Positions 16,567-25,193 of a stretch of DNA of 55,205 nt are shown here, piece by piece. Made by a program: the position numbers and the translations under genes. Where the stretch lies: NCBI GenBank assembly GCA_964373835.1, contig CAYJWN010000003.1:1-55205 (forward strand), written 5' to 3'. Below the pieces are notes generated by a model. The model made no database searches, had not been told where the DNA came from, and worked only from the letters and a program-made list of their open reading frames with translations. This DNA is from an uncultured Planctomycetales bacterium. GTDB lineage: Bacteria; Omnitrophota; Gorgyraeia; Aquiviventales; Aquiviventaceae. The stretch's first letter is position 1; every line of letters starts with the position of its first letter.

Positions 16567-17010
16567 ATGGACGTGATCCTTTTGAGGGACGTTGAGAAGC
16601 TCGGCCCCGAGGGGGCCGTGATCCACGTCAAACCGGGTTTTGCCCGCAACTATCTCCTGCCCCAGGGTCTTGCGGTGGCGGCCACGCCGCAGCAGGTCAA
16701 GGCGGTGGAAGACATCATGCGCCGGCGGCTTCAACAGGCCCAGCGGATTCAGGCGGACGCGGACGCGTTGAAACGAACGATCGAGGGGCGCTCGCTCTCG
16801 CTCACGCTCAATCTGGGCGCCGAGGACAAGGCGTTTGGATCGGTCACCGCGCATGATATCGTCGAGGCGCTGAAGCGGGACGGCATCGAGGTCGAGCGGC
16901 ACGCCGTCCAACTGCCGGAGCCGATCAAAACCCTGGGGATTTACGACGTGCCGGTCCGGCTGCACCCGAACGTGACCGCGACACTGAAACTGTGGATCGT
17001 GAAAGCCTGA
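16567..17010 (+). CDS. rplI: 50S ribosomal protein L9
   Basis: MDVILLRDVEKLGPEGAVIHVKPGFARNYLLPQGLA. Confidence 0.9.
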   Translation: MDVILLRDVEKLGPEGAVIHVKPGFARNYLLPQGLAVAATPQQVKAVEDIMRRRLQQAQRIQADADALKRTIEGRSLSLTLNLGAEDKAFGSVTAHDIVEALKRDGIEVERHAVQLPEPIKTLGIYDVPVRLHPNVTATLKLWIVKA

Positions 17011-17018
17011 CAAGAGAT

Positions 17019-18362
17019 ATGGATTTGACAGAATTGTCTACGATTGAACGACTGCCGCCGCAGAATCTTGACGCGGAGCAGGCGGTGCTGGGCTCGATGC
17101 TGCTCGAAGAGGACGCGATCGTCCGCGCCGCTGAACTCCTTGAGGAAGCGGCATTCTACAAAGACGCCCACCGCAAGATCTTCGCCACGCTCCTCACCCT
17201 CTATCGGGCCAGCGTCCCCGTCGACCTGGTCACCATCACCGATGAGCTCGGAAGGCGCAACCTCCTTGACGGCATCGGCGGCCCCAGCTACCTCGCGACG
17301 TTGACCAGCGTGGTGCCGACGGCGGCCAACGTCGAGCACTACTGCCGCATCGTCAAACAGAAAGCCATCCTGCGCAGCCTGATCCGGGCCTCGACCCAAA
17401 TTGCCACGGACTGCTATGAAGGCGCCCACGATCCGGATCGGCTGCTTGATAAAGCCGAATCATTGATCTTTGACATCGCCTCCAAAAAACTCAAGCGCGA
17501 CGCGGTCGCGATGAAGGAGATCATCAAAAGCTCCATTGAGATGATCGATGCGCTCTACCAGCGCAAGGGGGCGATCACCGGCCTGCCGACGGGCTTCATC
17601 GAACTGGATCAGCAGCTGGCGGGGCTGCAGCCGGCGGAGCTGATCGTCGTGGCGGGCCGGCCGGCGATGGGCAAGAGCAGCTTCGCCTTGTGCGTCGCCG
17701 AGCATGTCGCCCTCCTGGAGAAGGCGGGCGTGGCGATCTTCAGCATGGAGATGTCGAAGGAAAATCTCGTGCAGCGCATGCTCTGCTCGCATGCGCGCGT
17801 CAACGCCCACAGCGTGCGCTCCGGCATGCTCTCGATGAGCGACTGGCCGAATCTCACCAAAGCCGCCGGCAAGCTCTCGGAAGCCCCGATCTTCATCGAT
17901 GACTCACCCAGCATCTCCATCCTGGAGCTGCGCGCGAAGGCGCGGCGGCTCAAGAGCCGGCACGACATCAGCCTCGTCATCCTCGACTACCTGCAGTTGA
18001 TGGACGAGTCGGCCTCATCGGAAAACCGCCAGCAGGAGATCTCCGTGATTTCACGCAGCCTGAAGGCCCTGGCGCGTGAGCTGGGGGTGCCGGTGATTGC
18101 GGTGAGCCAGCTGTCGCGGGCCCCCGAGCGGCGCGAATCGTTTCGTCCACGCCTCTCGGATCTGCGCGAATCCGGGGCGATTGAGCAGGACGCCGATGTG
18201 GTGCTCATGCTCTTCCGCGAGGATTACTATAACCTGACCGACGAGAACAAGGGCATCGCCGAGGTGATCATCGCCAAGCAGCGCAACGGCCCGACGGGCA
18301 CCGTGAAGCTCGCGTTCATCAAAGAGTACACGCGGTTTGAGATGCTGGCCCAGGCCTCATGA
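17019..18362 (+). CDS. dnaB: Replicative DNA helicase
   Basis: PPQNLDAEQAVLGSMLL, Walker A AGRPAMGKSSFAL, IIAKQRNGPTG. GTG 16992 is an alternative start. Confidence 0.9.
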   Translation: MDLTELSTIERLPPQNLDAEQAVLGSMLLEEDAIVRAAELLEEAAFYKDAHRKIFATLLTLYRASVPVDLVTITDELGRRNLLDGIGGPSYLATLTSVVPTAANVEHYCRIVKQKAILRSLIRASTQIATDCYEGAHDPDRLLDKAESLIFDIASKKLKRDAVAMKEIIKSSIEMIDALYQRKGAITGLPTGFIELDQQLAGLQPAELIVVAGRPAMGKSSFALCVAEHVALLEKAGVAIFSMEMSKENLVQRMLCSHARVNAHSVRSGMLSMSDWPNLTKAAGKLSEAPIFIDDSPSISILELRAKARRLKSRHDISLVILDYLQLMDESASSENRQQEISVISRSLKALARELGVPVIAVSQLSRAPERRESFRPRLSDLRESGAIEQDADVVLMLFREDYYNLTDENKGIAEVIIAKQRNGPTGTVKLAFIKEYTRFEMLAQAS

Positions 18363-20710
18363 GGGAGCTAGCCGCTAAACCGGTACCAGGTACCGGTCTA
18401 CCGTCTCGGTACCTGGTACCGGTCCTGGTCGGTGCCGCGGCGCTCCTGTTGGTGGTTCCTGCGACCGCGCGGGCCGCTGAAGGGGATCGGGTCGTCGCGG
18501 TGGAGGTCAGCGGCGCGAAGACGATCGCCACAGAAACCATCCTCGCGAAAGTCCAAACCAAACCCGGCTCGCCCTATCAGGATACGATCGTGAGCGAGGA
18601 CATCCGCCGGCTGTTCGCCCTCGGCTACTTCACGGATGTGAAGGCCGATGTGGAACAGCTGCCGGAGGGGCTCAAGCTGGTCTTCGTCGTGAAAGAAAAG
18701 CCGACGATCGCCGCCATCCGCGTTGAGGGCCAGCGGGTGCTGGGTAAGGCGAGGGTGTTGGAGCTCTTCGACGTCAAGGCAGGCGCCCTGTACGACGCCC
18801 GAACGGTCAAGCAAGGAGTGGACGTGCTGAAAGCCGAGTACGCCCGCAGAGGGTTTTCGCAGGTTGAGATCGTCTCACAGGTCGAGGTGGATGCGGCGGT
18901 GAACACCGCCACGCTCTATCTCGCCATTGATGAAGGGCCCCGCATGCGAATTCGGCAGGTGCTCGTCGAGGGCAACCAGGCCTTTTCGGATCGACGGATC
19001 CGCAAGCTGCTCAAGACGAAGCGCAAGTGGTGGTTTGCCGCCGGCACCTATGACGAACAGGCGCTGGACGAGGACCTGGAGCGCGTCAGAGCCTTCTATC
19101 GCAAGCACGGCTACCAGGACGTCGAGGTCACGAAGTCGGTCTCCCGCGATCCGACGGGTCGCGGGCTCTATGTGCATCTCACAATCGCCGAAGGGTTGCA
19201 GCACCGCGTGGGCCAGGTGGCGGTCGAGGGGGCGGTGCTGTTTCCTGAGCGCGAGATTCTGCGCGTCGTGACGTTGAAACCCGGCGCCGTCTACAGCACG
19301 GAGGCGCTGCAGGACGATCTGCGGCTGATCAAGCAGTATTACGGGGACCGCGGCTACATCCATGCCGAGGCGACGCCGGATGTGCGGCTGGACCCGGAGA
19401 GCAAGCGGGTCAACCTCACCTACCGTTTGGCGGAGAAGGAGCTGGTGTCCGTCAATCGCGTCGACGTGCAGGGCAACCTGCGGACGAAGGACGTCGTAGT
19501 ACGGCGCGAGCTGCGCATCTATCCCAGCGACCAGTTTGACGGGGCGAAGATCCGCAAGTCGATCGAGCGGCTCTACAACCTCGGCTATTTCGAAGAGGTG
19601 AGCGTCGACACAGAGCCCACGCCGAGTCCCGAGCACGAAGACCTCATCGTGAAGGTGAAGGAGTCGAAGACCGGCAGCTTCAGTTTCGGCGGCGGGTTTT
19701 CCTCAGTGGACCGGCTGGTGGGGCTCATCGAGCTTGAGCAGCGCAACTTCGATCTCAACGGCTTTCCGCACTTTACGGGAGCGGGGCAGGACCTGCGGTT
19801 CCGCGTCGAGGTGGGGACGGTGCGGCGCTTCTTCGACATGTCGTTCACAGAGCCCTGGGCGTTCGGCTACCCGGTGTCGGTGGGGGTGGATGCCTACAAC
19901 CGGACGCGCCTGCGCAGCCGCAACCTGGGGCTTGCCTTTGAGGAAGACCAGCGGGGAGCGGGTCTTCGACTTGTGAAAGAGTTCCTCGATCTCATCAAGG
20001 CGGGCCTGAGCTACCAGCTCTTCCGCACGGAGATTTCCGACGTGGTGGACGAGGCCTCGGCCGATTTGAAAGCAGAGCAGGGGCGCAACACGATCAGCGT
20101 GGGCGGCGTCAGCGTGTCATTCGACAGCCGTGACAACCGGTTTGATCCGACGAAGGGGGTCTTCGCGTTTACCTCCTCGGATCTGGCCGGCGGCATCGTT
20201 GCCGGCGACAAGGATTTTTACCGGGCGCAAGCCGGGGCGAGCCACTACGTCCCGCACGGGGATCGGTTCGTCCTGGAATCGCGCGTGCGGGCCGGTCTCG
20301 TCAAGGCGTATGGCGATTCCGATGAGGTGCCGATTTTCGAGCGGTTCTTCGGCGGCGGCGCCGGGACGATCCGAGGTTTTGAGGAACGGCGCGTGGGCCC
20401 GCGCGATCCCAATTCGAACGATCCCATTGGCGGTGAGGCGATCTTCGTGGGCACGCTGGAAGAGGTGATGACGATCGTGAAGGATGAGCGGGGCCGCTCG
20501 ATTTTGAAGGGGTCGACGTTCGTTGACGTCGGCAATGTCTGGCGCCGCGTGAATGAGTTCGGCGAGAGCTTCAAATCCGGGGCGGGGGTGGGCGCGCGGG
20601 TCAACACCCCCATCGGCCCGCTCCGGCTTGACCTGGGCTTCCCGCTCAACCAGATTGACGATAAGAAGCGCCGGCCGCGGTTTCACTTTAATATCAGCCG
20701 GTCATTCTGA
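18359..20710 (+). CDS. bamA: Outer membrane protein assembly factor BamA
   Basis: Signal peptide LLLVVPATARA-AEG, five POTRA-like repeats, Omp85 barrel ending in ...RFHFNISRSF. ATG overlaps the dnaB stop (ATGA). Confidence 0.9.
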   Translation: MRELAAKPVPGTGLPSRYLVPVLVGAAALLLVVPATARAAEGDRVVAVEVSGAKTIATETILAKVQTKPGSPYQDTIVSEDIRRLFALGYFTDVKADVEQLPEGLKLVFVVKEKPTIAAIRVEGQRVLGKARVLELFDVKAGALYDARTVKQGVDVLKAEYARRGFSQVEIVSQVEVDAAVNTATLYLAIDEGPRMRIRQVLVEGNQAFSDRRIRKLLKTKRKWWFAAGTYDEQALDEDLERVRAFYRKHGYQDVEVTKSVSRDPTGRGLYVHLTIAEGLQHRVGQVAVEGAVLFPEREILRVVTLKPGAVYSTEALQDDLRLIKQYYGDRGYIHAEATPDVRLDPESKRVNLTYRLAEKELVSVNRVDVQGNLRTKDVVVRRELRIYPSDQFDGAKIRKSIERLYNLGYFEEVSVDTEPTPSPEHEDLIVKVKESKTGSFSFGGGFSSVDRLVGLIELEQRNFDLNGFPHFTGAGQDLRFRVEVGTVRRFFDMSFTEPWAFGYPVSVGVDAYNRTRLRSRNLGLAFEEDQRGAGLRLVKEFLDLIKAGLSYQLFRTEISDVVDEASADLKAEQGRNTISVGGVSVSFDSRDNRFDPTKGVFAFTSSDLAGGIVAGDKDFYRAQAGASHYVPHGDRFVLESRVRAGLVKAYGDSDEVPIFERFFGGGAGTIRGFEERRVGPRDPNSNDPIGGEAIFVGTLEEVMTIVKDERGRSILKGSTFVDVGNVWRRVNEFGESFKSGAGVGARVNTPIGPLRLDLGFPLNQIDDKKRRPRFHFNISRSF
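18379..18423. repeat. GGTACCA/GGTACCG hairpin inside the bamA 5' codons
   Basis: accggtaccaggtaccgg (18379-18396) pairs with cggtacctggtaccggt (18407-18423). Read in frame as KPVPGTGLPSRYLVPVL. Same family as 46066-46106. Confidence 0.8.
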
Positions 20711-20725
20711 GTCGTTACAACACAG

Positions 20726-21298
20726 ATGGAGTCTCAGATGTCAGAGGTCAGAGGTCAGAGGTTAGAGGTTAGGCGTCGGATTTTCGCTGTTAGTCTCCTG
20801 GTCTGGGGATTCTGTCTTCTGACATCTGACTTCTGTCCTCTGCTTCACGCGGATGAGCTCAAGATCGGGTATGTGAGCCTGGCGAAGGTGTTTGACAGCT
20901 ATGAGCGGACCAAGGCGACAGAGGCGAGCCTCGAGCAGAAGGCCAAGCAGAAAGACGAGGAGCTGCGCGGACGCGTCGCGGAGCTGAAAAAGTTGCGCGA
21001 GAGCCTGGAGCTGCTGAGCGACCAGGCCCGGGAAACGAAAGCCCGCGAAGCGGAGCAGAAAGCGGATGACCTGCAGCGGTTTCGCGCCAACACCGCACGG
21101 GACCTCACGCGTGAGCGCGACACGTTCGCCAAAGCGATCTTCCAGGATATCCAGCAGGCGATCGATGCGTACGCGAAGGCCAACGGCTTTGCCCTCATCC
21201 TGAAAAAAGAGGACACGGTCCTGTATGCCCAGACAGCCTACGATGTCACCGACGGGGTGCTGCAGCTGTTGAACAGCAAGCAACCCGCCAAACCATGA
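20726..21298 (+). CDS. skp: Periplasmic chaperone Skp (OmpH family)
   Basis: Signal-peptide-like N-terminus ending LLHA-DE, then a coiled-coil Lys/Glu/Ala-rich OmpH body. Canonical position after bamA. Confidence 0.75.
   Translation: MESQMSEVRGQRLEVRRRIFAVSLLVWGFCLLTSDFCPLLHADELKIGYVSLAKVFDSYERTKATEASLEQKAKQKDEELRGRVAELKKLRESLELLSDQARETKAREAEQKADDLQRFRANTARDLTRERDTFAKAIFQDIQQAIDAYAKANGFALILKKEDTVLYAQTAYDVTDGVLQLLNSKQPAKP
20734..20842. repeat. Heptamer hairpin, TCAGAGG family, overlapping the skp signal-peptide codons
   Basis: tcagatg tcagagg x3 ttagagg ttagg (20734-20773), then tctgtct tctgaca tctgact tctgtcc tctg (20811-20842). Confidence 0.8.
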
Positions 21299-22614
21299 GT
21301 GAGCCACAGCGGGCCATCGCCAAAGAAGTGGTGTTGAGCGGGGTGGGCATTCACACCGGAATGCCTGTGTCCATCCGCGTGCTGCCCGCCCCGCCGGATA
21401 CGGGCGTCGTGTTCATCCGAACCGACCTGCCGCACCGTCCGGCCATTCCGGTCAAGTCATCTCAGGTTGTGGATGTGGAGAAGAGCGTCCGCCGCACCAC
21501 GCTCTCCAAGGACGGGGTCGAGGTGCAGACGGTGGAGCACTTCATGGCCTCATTGTGGGGGGCGGGGATTGACAACGCCTACGTGGAGGTGAGCGGCCCT
21601 GAAATCCCGGGATTGGACGGTTCCGCCATCCAATTCCTGGAGCCGTTGACCGCTGCGGGGACCACGGAGCAGCCGAAACCCCGGCGCTACTTCTCGTTGC
21701 GCGAGCCGGTCTCGGTTGAGGAAGAGGAGGCCTGCGTCGTCGTGTTCCCCAACCGGGCGCTGCGCATTTCCTATCTGCTCAGCTATCCGCATCCGCTTTT
21801 GAAATCGCAGTACGTCTCCTACACCGTGAACGGCCCCGCCTCGTTTGCGGACACCATTGCGCCGGCGCGGACCTTCTGCCTCAAGGAAGAAGCCGAGGCG
21901 CTTCGGACAGCCGGGTTCGGGAAGGGCGCCAGCTTCGAGAACACGCTGGTGCTGGGGGAACAGGGCGTGATCAACAACACGCTGCGGTTTGAGGATGAGT
22001 TCGCGCGCCACAAGATTCTGGATCTCTTGGGCGACCTCTACCTGCTCGGGGCGCACCTCTGCGCGCACGTGATCGCCGTCAAGAGCGGACATCCGTTGAA
22101 CGTCAAGTTGTTGAAGAAGCTGGGACAGGCGCTGGAGCAGTGGAAGCTGGGCTCGCTGCAGTCCCCGACGTCTGAGGTGATGGTAGGACCCCAGCTTGAC
22201 ATCACGCAGATCGAGAAGATTCTGCCGCATCGCTACCCGTTTCTGCTCGTTGACCGGATCATCGAGCTCACCGAGACGAAGGCGGTGGGGCTCAAGTGCG
22301 TGACGATCAACGACTACTTCTTCCGCGGACACTTCCCGGGCCGGCCCGTGATGCCGGGCGTCCTCATCGTGGAGGCGATGGCGCAGGTGGGCGGCATTAT
22401 CATGCTCAACAAGCGCGAGCATCTGGGGAAGCTGGCGTACTTTATGGCGGTGGACAAGGTGAAGTTCCGCAAGCCGGTCGTGCCCGGCGATGTCTTGGTG
22501 ATTGAGGCGGAGCTGGGCAAACTGCGCTCGCGGACCGGCCAGCTCACCGCCCGGGCGCTGGTGGATGGAAAAGTGGTGTGTGAAGGGGAGTTGATGTTCG
22601 CCATCAGCGAGTAG
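21295..22614 (+). CDS. lpxC/fabZ: Fused UDP-3-O-acyl-GlcNAc deacetylase / 3-hydroxyacyl-ACP dehydratase
   Basis: LpxC part: GVGIHTG, TVEHFMASL, HKILDLLGDL. FabZ hotdog part: LPHRYPFLLVDRI, GHFPGRPVMPGVLIVEAMAQ. Confidence 0.9.
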   Translation: MSEPQRAIAKEVVLSGVGIHTGMPVSIRVLPAPPDTGVVFIRTDLPHRPAIPVKSSQVVDVEKSVRRTTLSKDGVEVQTVEHFMASLWGAGIDNAYVEVSGPEIPGLDGSAIQFLEPLTAAGTTEQPKPRRYFSLREPVSVEEEEACVVVFPNRALRISYLLSYPHPLLKSQYVSYTVNGPASFADTIAPARTFCLKEEAEALRTAGFGKGASFENTLVLGEQGVINNTLRFEDEFARHKILDLLGDLYLLGAHLCAHVIAVKSGHPLNVKLLKKLGQALEQWKLGSLQSPTSEVMVGPQLDITQIEKILPHRYPFLLVDRIIELTETKAVGLKCVTINDYFFRGHFPGRPVMPGVLIVEAMAQVGGIIMLNKREHLGKLAYFMAVDKVKFRKPVVPGDVLVIEAELGKLRSRTGQLTARALVDGKVVCEGELMFAISE

Positions 22615-22616
22615 AC

Positions 22617-23444
22617 ATGGCGCTCATGACCACCTCCCCTCCACGGAAGCGAGTCGCTGCAGGGCCTCAGGACGTTCATCCCACCGCGCTCGTGCACCCC
22701 AACGCGCGTGTGGCCGAGGCAGTGTCCATCGGACCCTACACCGTCATTGAGGAGCACGTTACGGTGGGCCCCAGGACCAAGGTGGGCGCCCACTGCGTGC
22801 TTGAGGGGCGGACGACGATCGGAGCGGACTGCGAGATCTTTACGGGCGCGGTGATCGGCAGCATCCCCCAGGATCTCAAGTACGAGGGGGAAGAGAGCGT
22901 GCTTGTCATCGGCGACCGGAACAAAATCCGCGAGTATGTGACGATCAACCGCGGCACCAAGGGCGGGGGCGGCCAGACGGTCATCGGATCGGACTGCCTG
23001 CTGATGGCCTACTCCCATGTGGCTCACGACTGCCTCATCGGCGATCACGTGGTGATCGCCAACAGCGCGGCGCTGGCCGGCCATATCACCGTTGAGGATC
23101 GGGCGATTATCGGCGGGCTGGTCGGCATTCACCAGTTCGTCCGCGTGGGCACGCTGTCCTTCATCGGGGGCTGCTCGCGGGTGGCGCAAGACGTCCCCCC
23201 GTACGCCACCTGTGTCGGCTATCCCGCCAAGGTGTTCGGGCTCAACAGCGAAGGGATGCGCCGGGCCGGCGTGTCGAACGAGGCCAAGCAGCATCTGCAT
23301 CGCGCGTTCAAGATCCTGTTCCATTCGAAGCTCTCCATGAGCCACGCGCTGGAGCAGGCGGCACAGGATGCCAATCAGAGTCCGGAAGTCCAGCATCTCA
23401 TCGCCTTCATCCGCCAATCCAAGCGCGGCGTCTGCCGCGCCTAA
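22617..23444 (+). CDS. lpxA: Acyl-ACP--UDP-GlcNAc O-acyltransferase
   Basis: Hexapeptide beta-helix (HPTALVHPNARV...) plus C-terminal helical domain GGCSRVAQDVPPY. Confidence 0.9.
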   Translation: MALMTTSPPRKRVAAGPQDVHPTALVHPNARVAEAVSIGPYTVIEEHVTVGPRTKVGAHCVLEGRTTIGADCEIFTGAVIGSIPQDLKYEGEESVLVIGDRNKIREYVTINRGTKGGGGQTVIGSDCLLMAYSHVAHDCLIGDHVVIANSAALAGHITVEDRAIIGGLVGIHQFVRVGTLSFIGGCSRVAQDVPPYATCVGYPAKVFGLNSEGMRRAGVSNEAKQHLHRAFKILFHSKLSMSHALEQAAQDANQSPEVQHLIAFIRQSKRGVCRA

Positions 23445-23474
23445 CCCCGCTTCTCTTAAGATGATCGTCCCTCG

Positions 23475-24332
23475 ATGAGTTCGAGTATTGCTATTATCGC
23501 CGGAGCCGGGCGGTTTCCGTTCTATGTCGCACAGGAAGCCAGGCGCCAGGGCTTCGGCGTCGTGGCTGTTGGCATCCGGGGGTGGGCCGATCCCACGTTG
23601 GCCGGACAGGTGGACGCCTATGAGGAGGTGACCGTCGGACAGTTGGGACGGCTCATTGAGCGGCTGACCTCGCACGGCGTCCATCAGGCGATCATGGCGG
23701 GGAAAGTCACCAAGGAAGCGTTGCTGGATCAGCGGACCGAGTTTGACGCCGAGGCGCTCGAGGTGCTTCGTCACGTGCGCGAGGCGTCCGTGCCGGCGCT
23801 GTTGGGGGCGATCGGGACGCGGCTTGCCAAAGAAGGGATCACGCTGCTGGACTCTTCGACGTTTTTGAAAGCCAACCTGTGCCCTGCCGGAGTCCTCACG
23901 ACCCGGGGGCCCACGGCTGTAGAACAGGAGGACATTCGGGTCGGCCTCGAGGCGGCTCGGAGACTCGCGGCGCTTGACATCGGCCAAACGGTGGTGGTGA
24001 AACATCGAGTCGTGGTGGCGGTGGAGGCGCTGGAGGGCACCGATGCCGCGATTCGACGGGCGCACAGCCTCGCCGGGGATGGATTGGTGGTCGTGAAAAC
24101 GGCTTCGCCGGCTCATGACCGTCGCTTTGATCTGCCCGTCATCGGCGCCGACACGCTCACGACGCTGACGACATCCGGCGTGTCCTGTCTCGCCGTTGAG
24201 GCGGACACCACGTTGCTGTTGGAACGGGACGCCCTGATCGCTTCGGCCAACGCGGCCTCGCTCTGTATTATCGGTATCGCCATGCCACCTGCCCCTGATA
24301 AGAAGAGTTCAGAGTTCAGAGTTGAGAGTTGA
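23475..24332 (+). CDS. lpxI: UDP-2,3-diacylglucosamine pyrophosphatase LpxI (DUF1009)
   Basis: IAIIAGAGRFPF and LDIGQTVVVKHRVVVAVEALEGTDAAIRRA, matching the LpxI core as I recall it from Caulobacter LpxI. The last ~9 codons are read from the heptamer repeat. Confidence 0.8.
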   Translation: MSSSIAIIAGAGRFPFYVAQEARRQGFGVVAVGIRGWADPTLAGQVDAYEEVTVGQLGRLIERLTSHGVHQAIMAGKVTKEALLDQRTEFDAEALEVLRHVREASVPALLGAIGTRLAKEGITLLDSSTFLKANLCPAGVLTTRGPTAVEQEDIRVGLEAARRLAALDIGQTVVVKHRVVVAVEALEGTDAAIRRAHSLAGDGLVVVKTASPAHDRRFDLPVIGADTLTTLTTSGVSCLAVEADTTLLLERDALIASANAASLCIIGIAMPPAPDKKSSEFRVES

Positions 24333-24386
24333 GAATTGTTTTTCTTAGCGTCGAACCCTGAACTCGCAACTCTCAACTCACAACTC
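24305..24386. repeat. Heptamer hairpin (GAGTTCA/GAGTTGA units)
   Basis: gagttca gagttca gagttga gagttga gaattg, loop, then gaaccct gaactcg caactct caactca caactc. Spans the lpxI stop and ends 6 nt before the rhomboid ATG. Confidence 0.85.
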
Positions 24387-24391
24387 AGACG

Positions 24392-25069
24392 ATGATTCCC
24401 ATCCGTGATACGGTTCCCTCCCGCCGCGCGGCCTGGGTGACGCGCATCGTGCTGGTGGCCAATCTCGCCGCCTTTATCATGGAGCTTCGGCAAGGCCACA
24501 CGCTGGAAGCGTTCCTCTATCGGTTTGGGGTCGTGCCCGCTCATTGGCTCGTGGGAAGCGCAAGCGACTTTCTCGATTGGCCCCGCCTGTTTCTCAGCCT
24601 CGTCACGTCTCAATTTCTCCACGGCAGCGTCCTGCATGTGGCCTCGAACATGCTGTATCTGTGGATCTTTGGAGACAATGTGGAAGACCGGTTGGGCCAT
24701 GCGCGCTTTCTCCTGCTGTACCTGGCGAGCGGCGTGATGGCCGCGGTCTCCCAGATCCTCGTGAGCCCCCATTCGTCCATCCCCATGGTGGGCGCGAGCG
24801 GCGCCATCGCAGGCGTCTTAGGCGCCTACCTCTTGATGTTTCCCTCGGCCCGCATTGTCACGCTGGTGCCGATGGGACTCTTCTGGCAGACCGTCGAGCT
24901 GCCGGCGTTTCTCTTTTTGGGGCTCTGGTTTCTGCTGCAGTGGGTCCAGGGGCTCACCGCGATCGGCCAGGTGGCCGATGTGGGCGGGGTGGCGTTCTGG
25001 GCGCATATCGGCGGCTTCGTGAGCGGCATGCTTGGCGTCGCCGCCCTTCGACCGCGTCGCCGGTGGTAA
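24392..25069 (+). CDS. Rhomboid family intramembrane serine protease
   Basis: HGSVLHVASNMLYLWIFG, catalytic GASGAIAGVLGAY, AHIGGF. Six TM segments. Confidence 0.85.
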   Translation: MIPIRDTVPSRRAAWVTRIVLVANLAAFIMELRQGHTLEAFLYRFGVVPAHWLVGSASDFLDWPRLFLSLVTSQFLHGSVLHVASNMLYLWIFGDNVEDRLGHARFLLLYLASGVMAAVSQILVSPHSSIPMVGASGAIAGVLGAYLLMFPSARIVTLVPMGLFWQTVELPAFLFLGLWFLLQWVQGLTAIGQVADVGGVAFWAHIGGFVSGMLGVAALRPRRRW

Positions 25070-25073
25070 CGAT

Positions 25074-25185
25074 AAGTCAAAAGGCAAAAGTCAAAACGCA
25101 AAACCACAAGTCAAAATTCAAAACCCAGTTGCCTATGGACACTTTTGACTTTTGGGTTGTGGTTTTGCCTTTTGAGTTTTGACTT
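25074..25185. repeat. Heptamer hairpin (AAGTCAA/AAGGCAA units)
   Basis: aagtcaa aaggcaa aagtcaa aacgcaa aaccaca agtcaaa attcaaa accc, loop, then acttttg acttttg ggttgtg gttttgc cttttga gttttga ctt. Confidence 0.85.
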
Positions 25186-25193
25186 CCCGAGCG

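Noticed and set aside
22314-24116. 600-aa ORF on the - strand
   Set aside because: It is antisense to lpxA and lpxI, which carry clear family motifs. It has shadow-frame composition.
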